Origin: Azolla caroliniana
Taxonomy: Eukaryota > Plantae > Polypodiophyta
Reading direction: 5' to 3'
DNA: 64,000 nucleotides
Assembly (NCBI GenBank): GCA_043228905.1
Contig: JBHGNT010000004.1
Span: 1,922,001 to 1,986,000, forward strand
Part shown: positions 9,523 to 20,515 of the stretch, in pieces
Position numbering within the stretch: the first letter of the stretch is position 1
Layout: each line of letters starts with the position of its first letter
Program-made: the position numbers and the translations under genes
The notes under the pieces: model-generated
What the model was told of the DNA's origin: nothing
Database searches by the model: none
Seen by the model: the letters and a program-made list of their open reading frames with translations, nothing else

Positions 9523-12500
9523 TCATTCCCCGCCCGTCTGTTCTTCCTCGGTTTCGGATCGTTCGTCGTTCCGGTCCAGGTTAACCGGATCCGGCTCGTC
9601 ATCGTGACGCTTCTTGAACGCTTTGATCCGCTTCCCAGCTACCGGTATCGCCATTCTCGTGCCGTCGAGTTCCGCCAGATGGTACATCCCATTGTCGTTG
9701 GCGCTTTGTACCACGTAAGGCCCGAACCACCTTCTTGCGAACTTCCGTGTTGCTCGGTGCTGGTTGTCGAGGCTGCTGTCATAGACTAGCACCCAGTCGC
9801 CTTCCTCGATCTTCTTCGGTCGGAGCCGGCGCATCCGGTCGAACCGGGCTTTGTTCCTCATCCTTGCCACCCGAAGCTTTCCCACAGCCTGCTCCACGTC
9901 CTCCGGTCTTCACTCGAGCTGTCGTATACGCGCCGCCAACAGTTCCTCCCGGCTCATCTCGTCTCTCCAATCCACGGTTGCCCACGAGGAGATCGTACGT
10001 TCCATCGGCATGACCGGCTTCTGCCCAAACATGAGCTCTGCCGGCATGAATCCGGTTACCGAACTGTGCTTAGTTCGGTCAGCCCACAACGCGTAAGGCA
10101 ACAGCCGCGGCCAGTTCCCGACTTGCCCCCCGCATGCCCGAACTAACGCCTTGACGATCGGTCCGTGTCCGCGCTCCACCTTCCCATTCGCCTCCGGATT
10201 GTACGCAGTGGTAAGCGAGAGTTTGACTCCTAGCCGGTCGAACAGCTCCTCAGCCTCTTCGGCGTCCAACTCCCTACGATCAGCCACAATCTTCCTGACG
10301 CACCCGTACCGGCATATCACATCCTCGATCAGGAACCGACATACGGCCGCGGTCGTTTTGTTCTGAAGGGCTCGGCCTTCCACCTGGTTCGTCAGATCTT
10401 CCCGAGCCAGGACCAGATACCGCATCTGTCCTACGCCCATCGGCATCGTCACCAGATCTACCATCCATTTGAAGTGGATGGTCGGAGGGTACGTAGGGTG
10501 AAGCTCGTCCCGATGCCGGACTATGGAGTGCATCTTACAGCTCTCGCAAGTTGTCACGAACCGATGCACGTCTCGGTACAGTCCCGGCCACCAGTACTTC
10601 CCTTTTATCTTCTCGAACGTGGCCCACGTTCCATGGTGTCCAGCCCAAGGGTTGTCGTGGTAGGCCGTCAGCAGCTCCTCCTGTTCTTCCTTCATCGCCA
10701 CCACCCGGAGCGGGACACCGTTCCTCTTCTTCGGGTGCTTCCATAAGTATCCGTCCCGGAGAAAGAATCGGTAAGCTTTCTTCCGGATCCGGTTGGCCTC
10801 GTCTCTCGTCCACGACGCATCCGGCGTCATTGTCCTCAAGAAACCACCGATCGGCAGCCACTCGCTGTCGTACTTGCTCTCGTTGAAGCCGTTAAGTGCC
10901 GGAGTGCTCGTCCCATTTGTCGTTGCGTACGCCGCCTCGAAGAAGTCCACGCCGACTTCTTCGTCCTCCGAAACCATGCCGCCCTCGTCATCAAACCTCG
11001 CCCTCGAAAGCATGTCGGCCATGGCGTTGTCCTTTCCAGAAATGTGTCGTATTTCCGGGTCCAGGGACTTGATGTACGCTATCCACCTGAGCATCGCCAG
11101 GTCCGGTGTCGCGCATCTGGAAACCATGCCGAGAATTGGCAGGCAATCCGTCTCGATAATCACTTCTGTCCCGATCAGGTAGTCTTTGTCGGCCTTTACT
11201 GCCGAAACAATACCCCAGAGTTCGCGTTTAACCTGGACTTACCCTCGCTGTCGCTCACTGAGGACCTTTGCGCCGAATCGGATCGGGAACTGGGTGCCGT
11301 CCTCGTCTTCTTGGTTGATGACCCATCCGATCCCGGTCGGGCTCGTATCCACCATTATGTATACCGAGGTACCCTTCTCGTAGACAGCCTTCCGGAGTGC
11401 CGGTGCTGCCGCAAGAGCTTCCTTTAGCTTCCGGACCGACTCCGTGTGCTCGTCTCGCCACTCGAATTTTTGCCCCCTTTTCAGCAACCCGTATAGCGGC
11501 TCCGCAACATGGGCGTAATGCGGGATCCATATGTGGTAGAACGCGCATGCCCCCAAGAACCTCCGAACTTCCGTAACCGAGCTACAATCGGTCTTCATCG
11601 CGGAGATGGCTTCTACTTTTGCCGGAGACGGCTTCTGGCCATATGGTCCACACAGGTGTCCGACCACCAGGATTTCTGATTGCCCGAAGGCCGATTTCTC
11701 CCCGGAGAAGGTGAGCCTCGCATCCTCTAGCCTTTGTAGCACCTTCTCGCAGTCGTCGATGTGTGTTGCCACGAATCGCCGGCATCCGTCCGGCCCGACT
11801 GTCTCGTCCTTCTCTTCCACCGGGCACCCCTTTATCGGGATGTCGTCCATAAATGGCATGGTGATGTCCGGGATGCAATCCCTCAGTACCTTGTTCATTG
11901 CATTCACCATGTGGGCCACCGAGTTGGTCCCTCCTTGTGGTAGGGTACACATTCGCACTAGGCCGAGGGGAGTTCGCATCGTCGTAATGTCTCTGCTCTC
12001 CACGGCTAGCTGGAACTGGTCGTACCCCGAGTACAGATCACCGACCGAGTAAATCGACCTTCCGGCGAAGGCCTCCGCGAACTTGTCTATGGTCGGTCCG
12101 ATTCCTGCGTTCCGAATGGTCACTCTGTTGACCGGCTGCAGGTCCTGAATGAAGCGCAATGTTCCGTTTTTCTTTGGTACGGTAAACCATCGATTCGAGT
12201 ATGGCACGCTCGACGGTTCGAGAATACCCATATCGACTTTCTGCCTCAGTAGCTCCATCAACTCCGGGATGTGAGCTCTCGGTATTGGAATCGGCTTGAG
12301 ATTCCACGGCACATGCGGTACCGTGAATATCACCATCGGCTCCACGATCGTCAGGTCTACGCACCCGATCTCTTCTGGTGAGAATGCGAAGGCCTTTCCG
12401 TGCCTTCTGAGCATTCTCCGAAACCGGTCTTCCTCCGCCGGTAGTAGGAACCCGGCCGCACCGATCTTGAGCTCCCGGAGCGTCCCGTCGGTGAAGGTGT

Positions 12501-13020
12501 GTCCTATCCAGGCCGGATCTCGTAAACTGGGGTCCGACGCAACCCCTCTGATTCGGGACTCGCTGCCCTCCAGTAAGGGTGCCGCGACTGGCCTTACCTT
12601 CCGGTCCACAGTCTTGTACTTCGTGCTAACTCGGGCCGTCCGATCCGACCGGAGCCCTTGGCTGAAGTTCGCGATGACTTCGTACATCTCTTCGGAACAT
12701 ACCGGTATCGTCCGGTCTTCGTTAAGGTCTTCTCTGGCTACCTTCCTCACCATCCCCAAGGTGTCGTCGAAGGAGACCGCCTCCACGGCCCCGCTGATTT
12801 CCTCGTCCGGGCCGAGAACTCCGCACGCTCGAAGTCGCTCCTCCACCCTTGCCCTTTCTCGGCCAACGATGCCGACTATCATACACCCTCCGTTGTTGGA
12901 GAAGCAGAATTTTCTACCTATCATACAAGGTTTCTTCGGTTTCGGTTCTATCGTACAGCTGTGGGGTCTTTCCCGAGTGTCCGGATTGTCTTGGCCCCAC
13001 GCCTTGGCAGCCCTCTCTAA
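9523..13020 (-). pseudogene. pol of B: RT, RNase H, integrase (about 1166 codons, two nonsense codons, no frameshift)
   Basis: ORFs 11239-12924, 9910-11163 and 9523-9897 are in one frame that stays open up to 13020; LPQG, FMDD, VDTS, KRELWG, H-H-CESC zinc finger, D-D-E core, WFGPY; no chromodomain. Confidence 0.93.
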
Positions 13021-15143
13021 AAATCCTCCCGGTTCTCGCCACCGAGGGATTCGCGGTTTCGCTCGTGGTTCGGTCGCACCGTCAGAAATTGGACCGAATG
13101 GCGCCCGTCTTGGCTTTTGACCCTCCCGTAGGCCGAACCGTTGTCTAGCACCTTGGTCTCCATCCGCGCCACCGTGATGTATGGTTCCCCTAATATGACC
13201 GGGTGCGAGGACGTCTCCTGTACGAAGAAGTGCTGGTCAATCTCGACGTCGCCAATCTTGACTCGCACGTTCGGGCAGGCCCCGTGCAGTTCCTCAGTGG
13301 CGCGTGTCGCCGCCCGTATCTTCCACCCGTGCTTGGTGTTGATCGGCCACTTTCCCTTCTTATAGAATTCCATGGACATCAGGTTTATTTCCGAACCGTG
13401 GTCCACCAATGCCACCACCGGTTCCTGAACATCTCCGATCTTTACCGGGGTCTCCGTGGTCGCTCGGGCCCAGTGCGGCCTTGAATAGTGGCTCTCCGCC
13501 CACTCATCTTCCAGTGCCATGTCGTCGATGTGCGTCGTCCGCACCTCCACCGGTCTTTCCGGTTCCGTCTCCGTCGACAGCCTCTTCCGTTTCACCAGGT
13601 CCACAATGGAGTCGTGGAACTCCTTCTTGGCGATCCCTAGCACCTCCTGCAATGACAGCTCCACTTTGCTGTCGAGGATCCGTTCTTCTAGGACCTTTCG
13701 TAGGTCCGTAGTCCTTTCTATTTCCGTCCCCAGTCGGTATCCGCCCTTGATGGGGTTATCTTGCGAGCTGGACCCACCGGCATCGTTCCGTCGTTGCCCG
13801 AATCGGGTCTTGTACCGTTGTGAGGGCCCGGCCGCTCCGGCTTTCCCCACTCGTTTGTCTTCTACCAGAGCCTCGTAGTTCCGACAGGCGGCTTCTACGA
13901 AGCCCGTCTTCTCCTCGACCGGATCGCTCCACCCGGTTATTTCCCGGACCCGTCTCTCAGCGCGGTCCGTTTCATCTTTCCTTAGCCGTGCGCCGGCAAG
14001 ACCTTCCAGCATTGCCGACCAGAATCCGTCTTTGCCCTCCTTTCGGGCCTCGCTGCCCCCGACCCGAATGTCGGTCGATGCCGAGTAGTGGATGGCCTCC
14101 ACGTGTCGGGCCGCTGCCTCTTCCATCAGTCTCTTCATTCCTCCTCGCCCGTCGTTTCGGTTTAGGTCCCTTCTGGTGTCGCCGGCGTGCACCCGGCCTT
14201 CCCACAGGTACACCACCCGGTTCCTCAACGCTTCTGCGAAATTGCCGCAGTCCTTCCGGATGTGGCCGACCTCGTCGCACCACATGCACTTGTTCCCTGC
14301 TGCCGGCCGTCGGTCACGAGCCAGTTCGCCGCCTTCCCTTCGAGTTTGGGCGATCTGGAGATCCTTTATCGCCCGCGTCAACTCCTCCAGCGCTGCTCCT
14401 CCGGACGAGCCACTGTCCATGCCGGTCGAAGCCGGACCGGTTTCGAGCCATTCCCGGGTTTCTTCCCTTCGCCCTTGCGGTGCCGGTTCAAGCCTCCTTG
14501 CTGTAACAGAGCCCGCACCAGCCGCCCCGTTGTTAGCCCATTCTCGCCGTTTGTCGAAACGGCCACAGACTCTCTTAACTGCAGCCCAGTCGGTCGTCAG
14601 CCCGTCTTCGGTTTCCAGCAAGGAGCCGACTTGATCCCGGTCCCGCTCGTCCACCGACTTGACAAACAGTAGGACCCGGCTTGTATCCAGAACGGTTCGG
14701 TCAAGCGCCGAAAGGCGCGCAAAGCGTTCTTCGAACTCCCGGAGGAGTGCCGACGCGTTTCTTCCCTTGCCGGGGGACTCCACCCATTCCATGAAGTCTC
14801 GTTTCGAAAGCTGGAGCGCGTCGTCCAGCCCGTATTTTTCTAGGAGTCGGCCTTCGAACTCCTCCTAGGTACGGCTCTCCGCCCGCACCTCGAGCAGCTC
14901 CGCATGGATGCTCGGCATCGCCACTCGAGGAAACCCGGCAAGACGCCTCTCTTCCGGAATGTCCTATATCAGCATTTCTGCCTCATAGGACGCCAAATAC
15001 TTCATGGCATCCTTTCCGCTGAACCGGCCGATCGTACCGACGAGCACCTCAATGGCTCTATCGAGGGCACCGGTGCCCTCGCGTGCGCTCAATATCCGAT
15101 CCACGGCCGAAGCCATGGCCTCCGCAAGATCCGACCCCTTCAT
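13017..15143 (-). pseudogene. gag-protease ORF of B (two in-frame TAG stops)
   Basis: MKGSDLAE start after the PBS, in frame with ORF 13017-14792; CCHC knuckle CMWCDEVGHIRKDC; retropepsin-like LVDHGSEIN...VILGEP. Confidence 0.9.
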
Positions 15144-15165
15144 CTTCTGTTCTTCTGCCGCCTCC

Positions 15166-15183
15166 TTCACGTCGGGTTCACCA
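15166..15183 (-). promoter_or_regulatory. Primer-binding site complementary to tRNA-Trp
   Basis: + strand TTCACGTCGGGTTCACCA equals the 3' 18 nt of plant cytosolic tRNA-Trp(CCA) as I recall it; lies 3 nt from the LTR end. Confidence 0.88.
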
Positions 15184-15186
15184 AGA

Positions 15187-15831
15187 TGTCGAGGTATTCC
15201 TCGCGGATGCGTGGAATGAGGCGGGACCTCGGGGGTCTTGTACCGAAGAGCAATAGAGAAAGGAGAGGGAAAGGACCCACTACGTGCGAGCGTAGATCCA
15301 CAGGGACACGGCCCTTCGACACGAAGACACGAGCGGGGAAACAAACACAGAGAGGCACGAAGGTATGTATGTATATATTAACAGAGACAAACAACAAGAA
15401 GCACGAAGTCCGTTACAACCGAATAAGCCGGCGAACAGATGCCGATGCCTGTTCGCAAACGCTCAGAAAGCAAGGAGTAGGTTGGAGGTGCTGCCGGAAG
15501 CACTCGGGCATTCCTCAGAGCAGCGCGAGCCTCCCGAAACCTGCACAGAAAGAAGCTACGGAGAGTATGGAAGAGAGAAGCCTTCGACCGACAACCCGAC
15601 AGCACTTCGTCCTCTCTGATTCCGCGATCCCTTCCTCCTCCTCGTCTCCCTCCTTTTATAGGCAAGAAGGGAGCCGTTTCCTATTAACTTCCTACCTACC
15701 GAATCTACCTACCTAGGATCTTCCATGTCCCTAATTCTCTCTTATGTACAACACAAGGCGTACGTGCATGAAGAGCCAGTTCCTATGCTCCGGCGCACCG
15801 ATTCCGCTTGTGGACGGTTTTCTTCACGACA
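15187..15831 (-). repeat. 5' LTR of B (645 bp)
   Basis: TGTCG...CGACA termini, TATAAAAG near 15660 (-), adjacent PBS; outer flank ACGC then copia integrase. Confidence 0.9.
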
Positions 15832-16085
15832 ACGCGTGGATATACCTGATGAAGAAGAAGAGCTAAGTGCTCTCCCACTTTCAAAGGCTCCAAAGCCAAG
15901 TGGAGAAAGAAACTGGTCGGCACATTCGATGCCTACGATCGGACAGAGGAAAGGAGTACTTCTCCGACGAGTTCACCTCCTACCTCCAAGGTGAAGGCAT
16001 TCATAGAGAATTCTCATGCTGACACACTCCCCAACAAAATGGAGTAGCCGAGAGAAAGAATCGGCAAATTCTTGAGGTCGCACGC

Positions 16086-16849
16086 TGTCGTGAAGAATTT
16101 CGGCCAGAGGCGGAAACCGGGAACATTGGCTACATCGGTGGGGTGCAGCGTGTGTACGCACCCATGTACATTTAGTGTGAATATCGAGGGCGCCTTTATG
16201 GCGCCGAAGAGTAGTCAAGTCAGGACAGACGATCCCATGTAAGTCGGGATTTGTCCCGCATTGTAATGCCTCCCTTTCCTTGTTCTATAAAAGGAAGGGA
16301 ACGCCCTTTGTAAAAGGGTTGCCCATTTTGCATTAGAGGGTATACCATTAGGTTTAAAGTTAGCTTCTTCTTCTTCTTCTCTTTCGTGTTCGCTTAGGGT
16401 TTGTTGCAGCTCATCTCCTGTGCAAGACCCCGCTCGGCGCGACGAGCCCGAGAGCTCCCCGACGGCGGCTTGACAGCAGGCGACTGTTGTAAGCTATCTT
16501 GGTCCGGCTCGAAGCCGGGAATGTATTATTCATATATATATACATACATATACGTTTATGTTTGTCTGTGTATATTCGCGTCGTTGTTGGCGTCGGGTGC
16601 TTACCCTCTCCTGCGTTTCCTGTACATAAGGCGTGAGTCGGGTTGAGCTGCGTGTGTGTGTGTGTGTGTGTGAGTCGGTGTTAAGCACGCTCTCTCTCTC
16701 TCTCTCTCTCTCTCTCCCTTCGGTTGCTTCCGGTGTGTTTCCGGGATGCCCCAAAAACAGTGAAGCACGACTCCCTACACTCCATCACTCTCTCGTCCAA
16801 GACCCCCGTGGTCCCGCCTTTCTCCACGCACGCGCGTAACAACGCGACA
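16086..16849 (+). mobile_element. Solo LTR of the N/gypsy group (764 bp) with 4-bp TSD ACGC
   Basis: TGTCG...CGACA; ACGC at 16082-16085 and 16850-16853; removal restores in-frame EVARAMM; homologous to LTRs at 19754, 24335 and 25511. Confidence 0.93.
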
Positions 16850-17815
16850 ACGCGCCATGATGCATGAGAAGCACATGCCGAACTTCTATTGGGCGGAAGC
16901 GGCATCCACAACCGTCTATCTCATGAACCGGTGCACCACCAATGGAGTCCACAAGCTTACTCCATACGAGATCTTCGTTGGAAGGAAGCCCATCCTCTCG
17001 CACCTCAAGGTGTTCGGAAGCATTGCGAATGTACACATCCCGAACGAAAGTCGAGAGAAGCCCGACGCGAAGTCGGAAGAATGTATCCTCATAGGATACT
17101 TGTCCACAAAAAAGGCGTACAAGTGCTTCAACCCTTCAACCCGAGCGGTGCGGATAAGTCGCAACGTCATTTTCGACAAATCGGCATCTTGGTATAAGCC
17201 CGATGCGACTCCATCCGACCCGATCGAGGAAGAGTTGAACGCCAACTCGGACAACAAAACTCGGCCAAGTCCTCCACCGAAGGACAATCCAAGCTCTACC
17301 GAGCTAATTGGCCCACAAGAGCCTCCACGTGATGAAAACACGTCGCAGCCAAGTCCGACATTGGACAAAGGCAAAGGTAAGATGCCCGAATACAAAGTCG
17401 AGGTCCACCCCGACGACCGTGATTCAGATGATTCGGCTCGCTCACTAGATAGTGAGTTCGGTGTACCCATCATGAGGACACCCGGAGTAAAGAAGGCGCT
17501 CACATCAACAAATGAGAAACTCCACCGCTCATCACAAGTGAAGACCCAAGTCACTCGTTACGCCTACAACGAGTATATGGCCCATCACTATGCCCTCGCG
17601 ATGAAGGTAGTGGCCGAACAAGACCCCGAGGATCCAAGCCTTTGTCACAGGCTTGAGGGGGAGAATAAGCCGCAGAGAGCCGCGCAACAAAACCGCGAAG
17701 ACGCGAAGAAAGCCGCGCAACGCCGCGAAGAAAGCTGCAAGCCGCACCGATGCCGACGAAGCCAAAGGAAGCTAAACTGGACGTTGGACGCCTCACACTT
17801 GAGCTTGAGGGGGCG

Positions 17816-18256
17816 TGTTGAGATATCAAGCTCAACTAGTTTAATCTAGTTAGTCAACACATGTAACTTAGTAGTTACCTAGATCGAATCTAGTTAATGT
17901 GCTGACCTTAAGCCTTTAAATTGGACCTTGTACTTAAGTGGGATATTCTAGATCCTCCACTCCTTAGTACATTTAATGTAGGACTTACACATAAGTACCT
18001 ATGTTCTACCCACACATGTGCACCTTTGCACATGGGTTGTATATATACCTCATTGTAGGTATTTTTGTATGTTGATGACACTTTTCAATATAGTCAATCA
18101 TCCCCCATTTATCTTCGTGTTCATAAGTGTAACTTCCTCTCCCTCTCTCTTCCTCTCACACACTCTCACGTGCATATCATACTAATCTTCCACTGCTTAA
18201 CGTAACCATATAATTAGTCTCTAATTAACCCTAGTTAATTACCTAATTACTTAACA
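17816..18256 (+). repeat. 3' LTR of copia C (441 bp)
   Basis: Follows PPT GAGGGGGCG; TGTTGA...TTAACA; start resembles copia D LTR (TCAAGCTCAAC). Confidence 0.88.
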
Positions 18257-19753
18257 AGAATCAAGCCCAGGTGGGGCTTGGTTGATCACAGAGCGGATGC
18301 TATCCACCGACACCACTAAAAGGGTCGGTGGCCCGGGACGAGTCGCCGAAAGACGTTATGAAATCGGTTACCTCACATCTTGACCGGAGACTTCGGCAGT
18401 TCAATCCAACAAGGCAACGTGAGTCCGAAAGAGAAGGGAGATGGAAGGGAAGCGCAAAGAAGGGATTAACGGCGACGGGGAGAAACGGGAGAGGTGGTTG
18501 ACTAAAGTATGGGTCCTCCACACTTGTTCCCGAGACTTAGGTGGTTGCGTCCGAGGACCGACGGAAGACCTAAGAGACGGAAGGTGGCGACGAGGACGCG
18601 GAGGTCACAACCAATAGAACCGACCCGGATGGGGAAAACCAAAACATGTCCTATGGGTCGCCTCACACTGGGCTAGAAACATCGGTGGTCGGCATTGGAT
18701 CCGATGTAAGACCAAGACACTGACGGTGGCGGTAGGCGAACGGGACCCGGCAATGCAAAGTAACAATCGGACCGACCGAGAACCGGGCGGAGCGGGCTTC
18801 CGAATAACCGATCCGGAAGCGAGGAAGAGGCAGGCCTATGGAGAGGCCGGAACACGGTACATCGGTACCACGGGAGAGGGTGCGGAGCAAGCCACCCTCT
18901 CGACATGCGGAGAAAGATGACTCGGGTCAGCGTCAAGAAGACGACGAGGCCCAAGGAGGATCCTTCACACCGAATCTAGAGACTTTGGCAACCGACGGCA
19001 GAGCCGACATAAGACCAAGAGACTGACAATGGTGGCCAGGGGACAAGGGCGAAAGGCAAGGAAGGAGCGATCCTATGGGTTCCTCACAACAATACGGAAA
19101 CACCGGCAGTTCAAGCCGACATGGCAACGTGAGCCTGAGTGTGAAAGATGGTGGCGACAAGAAACGGGAATTGGCGATATAGGAAGCGTAGAAGGGAAGG
19201 TCCCACAAAGATCCTCACACCGATCCGGCGGTCGGCCGAGTGCCGGCATGAGTCCTAAAGGAAAGGACGGTGGTGGCGGGTGAACGTAATCGGACGACGG
19301 GGCAGAGCGGCGAGGAGGTATCGGGTCGGTGAGGCGGCCACTAACCGAAACCGGGCCGGAAGACAACACGGAACGAAGAGGAAGAAGGTAAGAAGGACCG
19401 GTCCTATGGGTTCCTCACACCAATCCGGAGACACCGGCAGTTCAAGCCGACGTCGCAACGTGAGACCGCGTGAGAAGGATGGTAGCAGCAGGAAACGGGA
19501 ACCGGAGATGAAGGCAGAGTGGACCGGGAGCCAGCAAGGCTGGAGTTGACGGGCCCGAACCCTTACTAGCCGGTTATGATTTCGGAAGGAAGCCAGTAAA
19601 GGTAAGCACGGAGTGGAACAAGAGACGTGCGAGTGGCCATCGAGGGCCGAAGCAAGCACGAGCACGGGACATCGTTTGGCACGAGCGGTGCCGAATAAGG
19701 GAGGCGGAAGACGCCACTCGGCACGGCGACCATAGAAGGAACAAGGAGCACGT

Positions 19754-20515
19754 TGTCGCGAAGTTTCGCACGTGCGTGTAGAAGGGCGGGACCACAGGGG
19801 TCTTGGACTAGGGAGTGACGGAGTGTAGGAAGTCGTGATTCACCATTTCCGGGACGCCGGAAACGACCGGAAAGGAGGGAGAGAAGAACATGTGTGCACC
19901 CCTGGCCGACACACGCACGCGCACACACAGTGCCGACCCCACTCACGCTTATGTACAGAAACAGAAGTAAGGAAACACTAAAACACCCACGCAGACACAA
20001 AAAACGCACAATCTTCTATAGGTATATTTACAAGAAGCAAGATACAACAATCGTCTACTGCCAAGCCGCTGGTTGGGGAGCTCACGGGCTCATCACGCCA
20101 AGCGGGGTCTTGCACAGCCGACATGGAAGATACAGAACCTGCAGGTATCAAGCTAGACTCACAGAGTGACGAAGAAGAAGTAGAGGAGGAGGAGAAGAAG
20201 AAACCCTAAAACAAGAGAGAAAGAGGAAGAGAGAACGTCTCTTCATCTAACGGTATACCCTACTAATGCAAAATGGGCAACCCCTCGAAAAGGGGGCGCT
20301 CCCTCCCTTTTATAGAACAAGGAGAGGGATGCATTACAATGTGGGATAAATCCCGACTTACATGGGATTCTCTATCCCGACTTAACTACTGTTCGGCACC
20401 ATAAAGGCGCCCTCATTATTCACGCTAAATGTACAAGGGTGAGCGCACATGCTGCACCCCGCCGATGTAGCCAACATTTCCCCATTTCCGCCACTGGCCG
20501 AAATTCTTCACAACA
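19754..20515 (-). repeat. 3' LTR of N- (762 bp)
   Basis: Direct repeat of 24335-25060 with an indel of about 30-35 bp and scattered substitutions. Confidence 0.95.

Larger units (their letters stand above)
9428..15831 (-). mobile_element. Ty3/gypsy LTR retrotransposon B (non-chromovirus), coding region nearly intact, 3' LTR reduced to about 22 bp
   Basis: 5' LTR, PBS, gag-PR, pol RT-RH-IN, PPT, then TGTCGTGAAGAAAACTGTCCAC matching the 5' LTR start at 21/22 nt. Confidence 0.93.
15832..18256 (+). mobile_element. Ty1/copia remnant C (integrase, RT-RH deleted, 3' LTR), same family as copia D
   Basis: WIYLMKKK, NGVAE, EVARAMMHEKHMPNFYWAEA, KCFNP; jumps from VAEQDPE to the pol 3' end; PPT and LTR follow. 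Confidence 0.88.

Noticed and set aside
5357-14672. Long antisense ORFs (e.g. 5357-6118, 12296-13120, 14092-14634) as extra genes
   Set aside because: They shadow GC-rich gag/pol codons on the opposite strand and show no independent motifs; A/B similarity follows from the sense protein
15166-15183. tRNA-Trp gene
   Set aside because: Only the 3' 18 nt including CCA are present, next to an LTR; it is a primer-binding site
14904-15716. 270-aa + strand ORF over B's 5' LTR
   Set aside because: Spans LTR and antisense gag, has no recognisable domain, and is plausible by chance in GC-rich DNA
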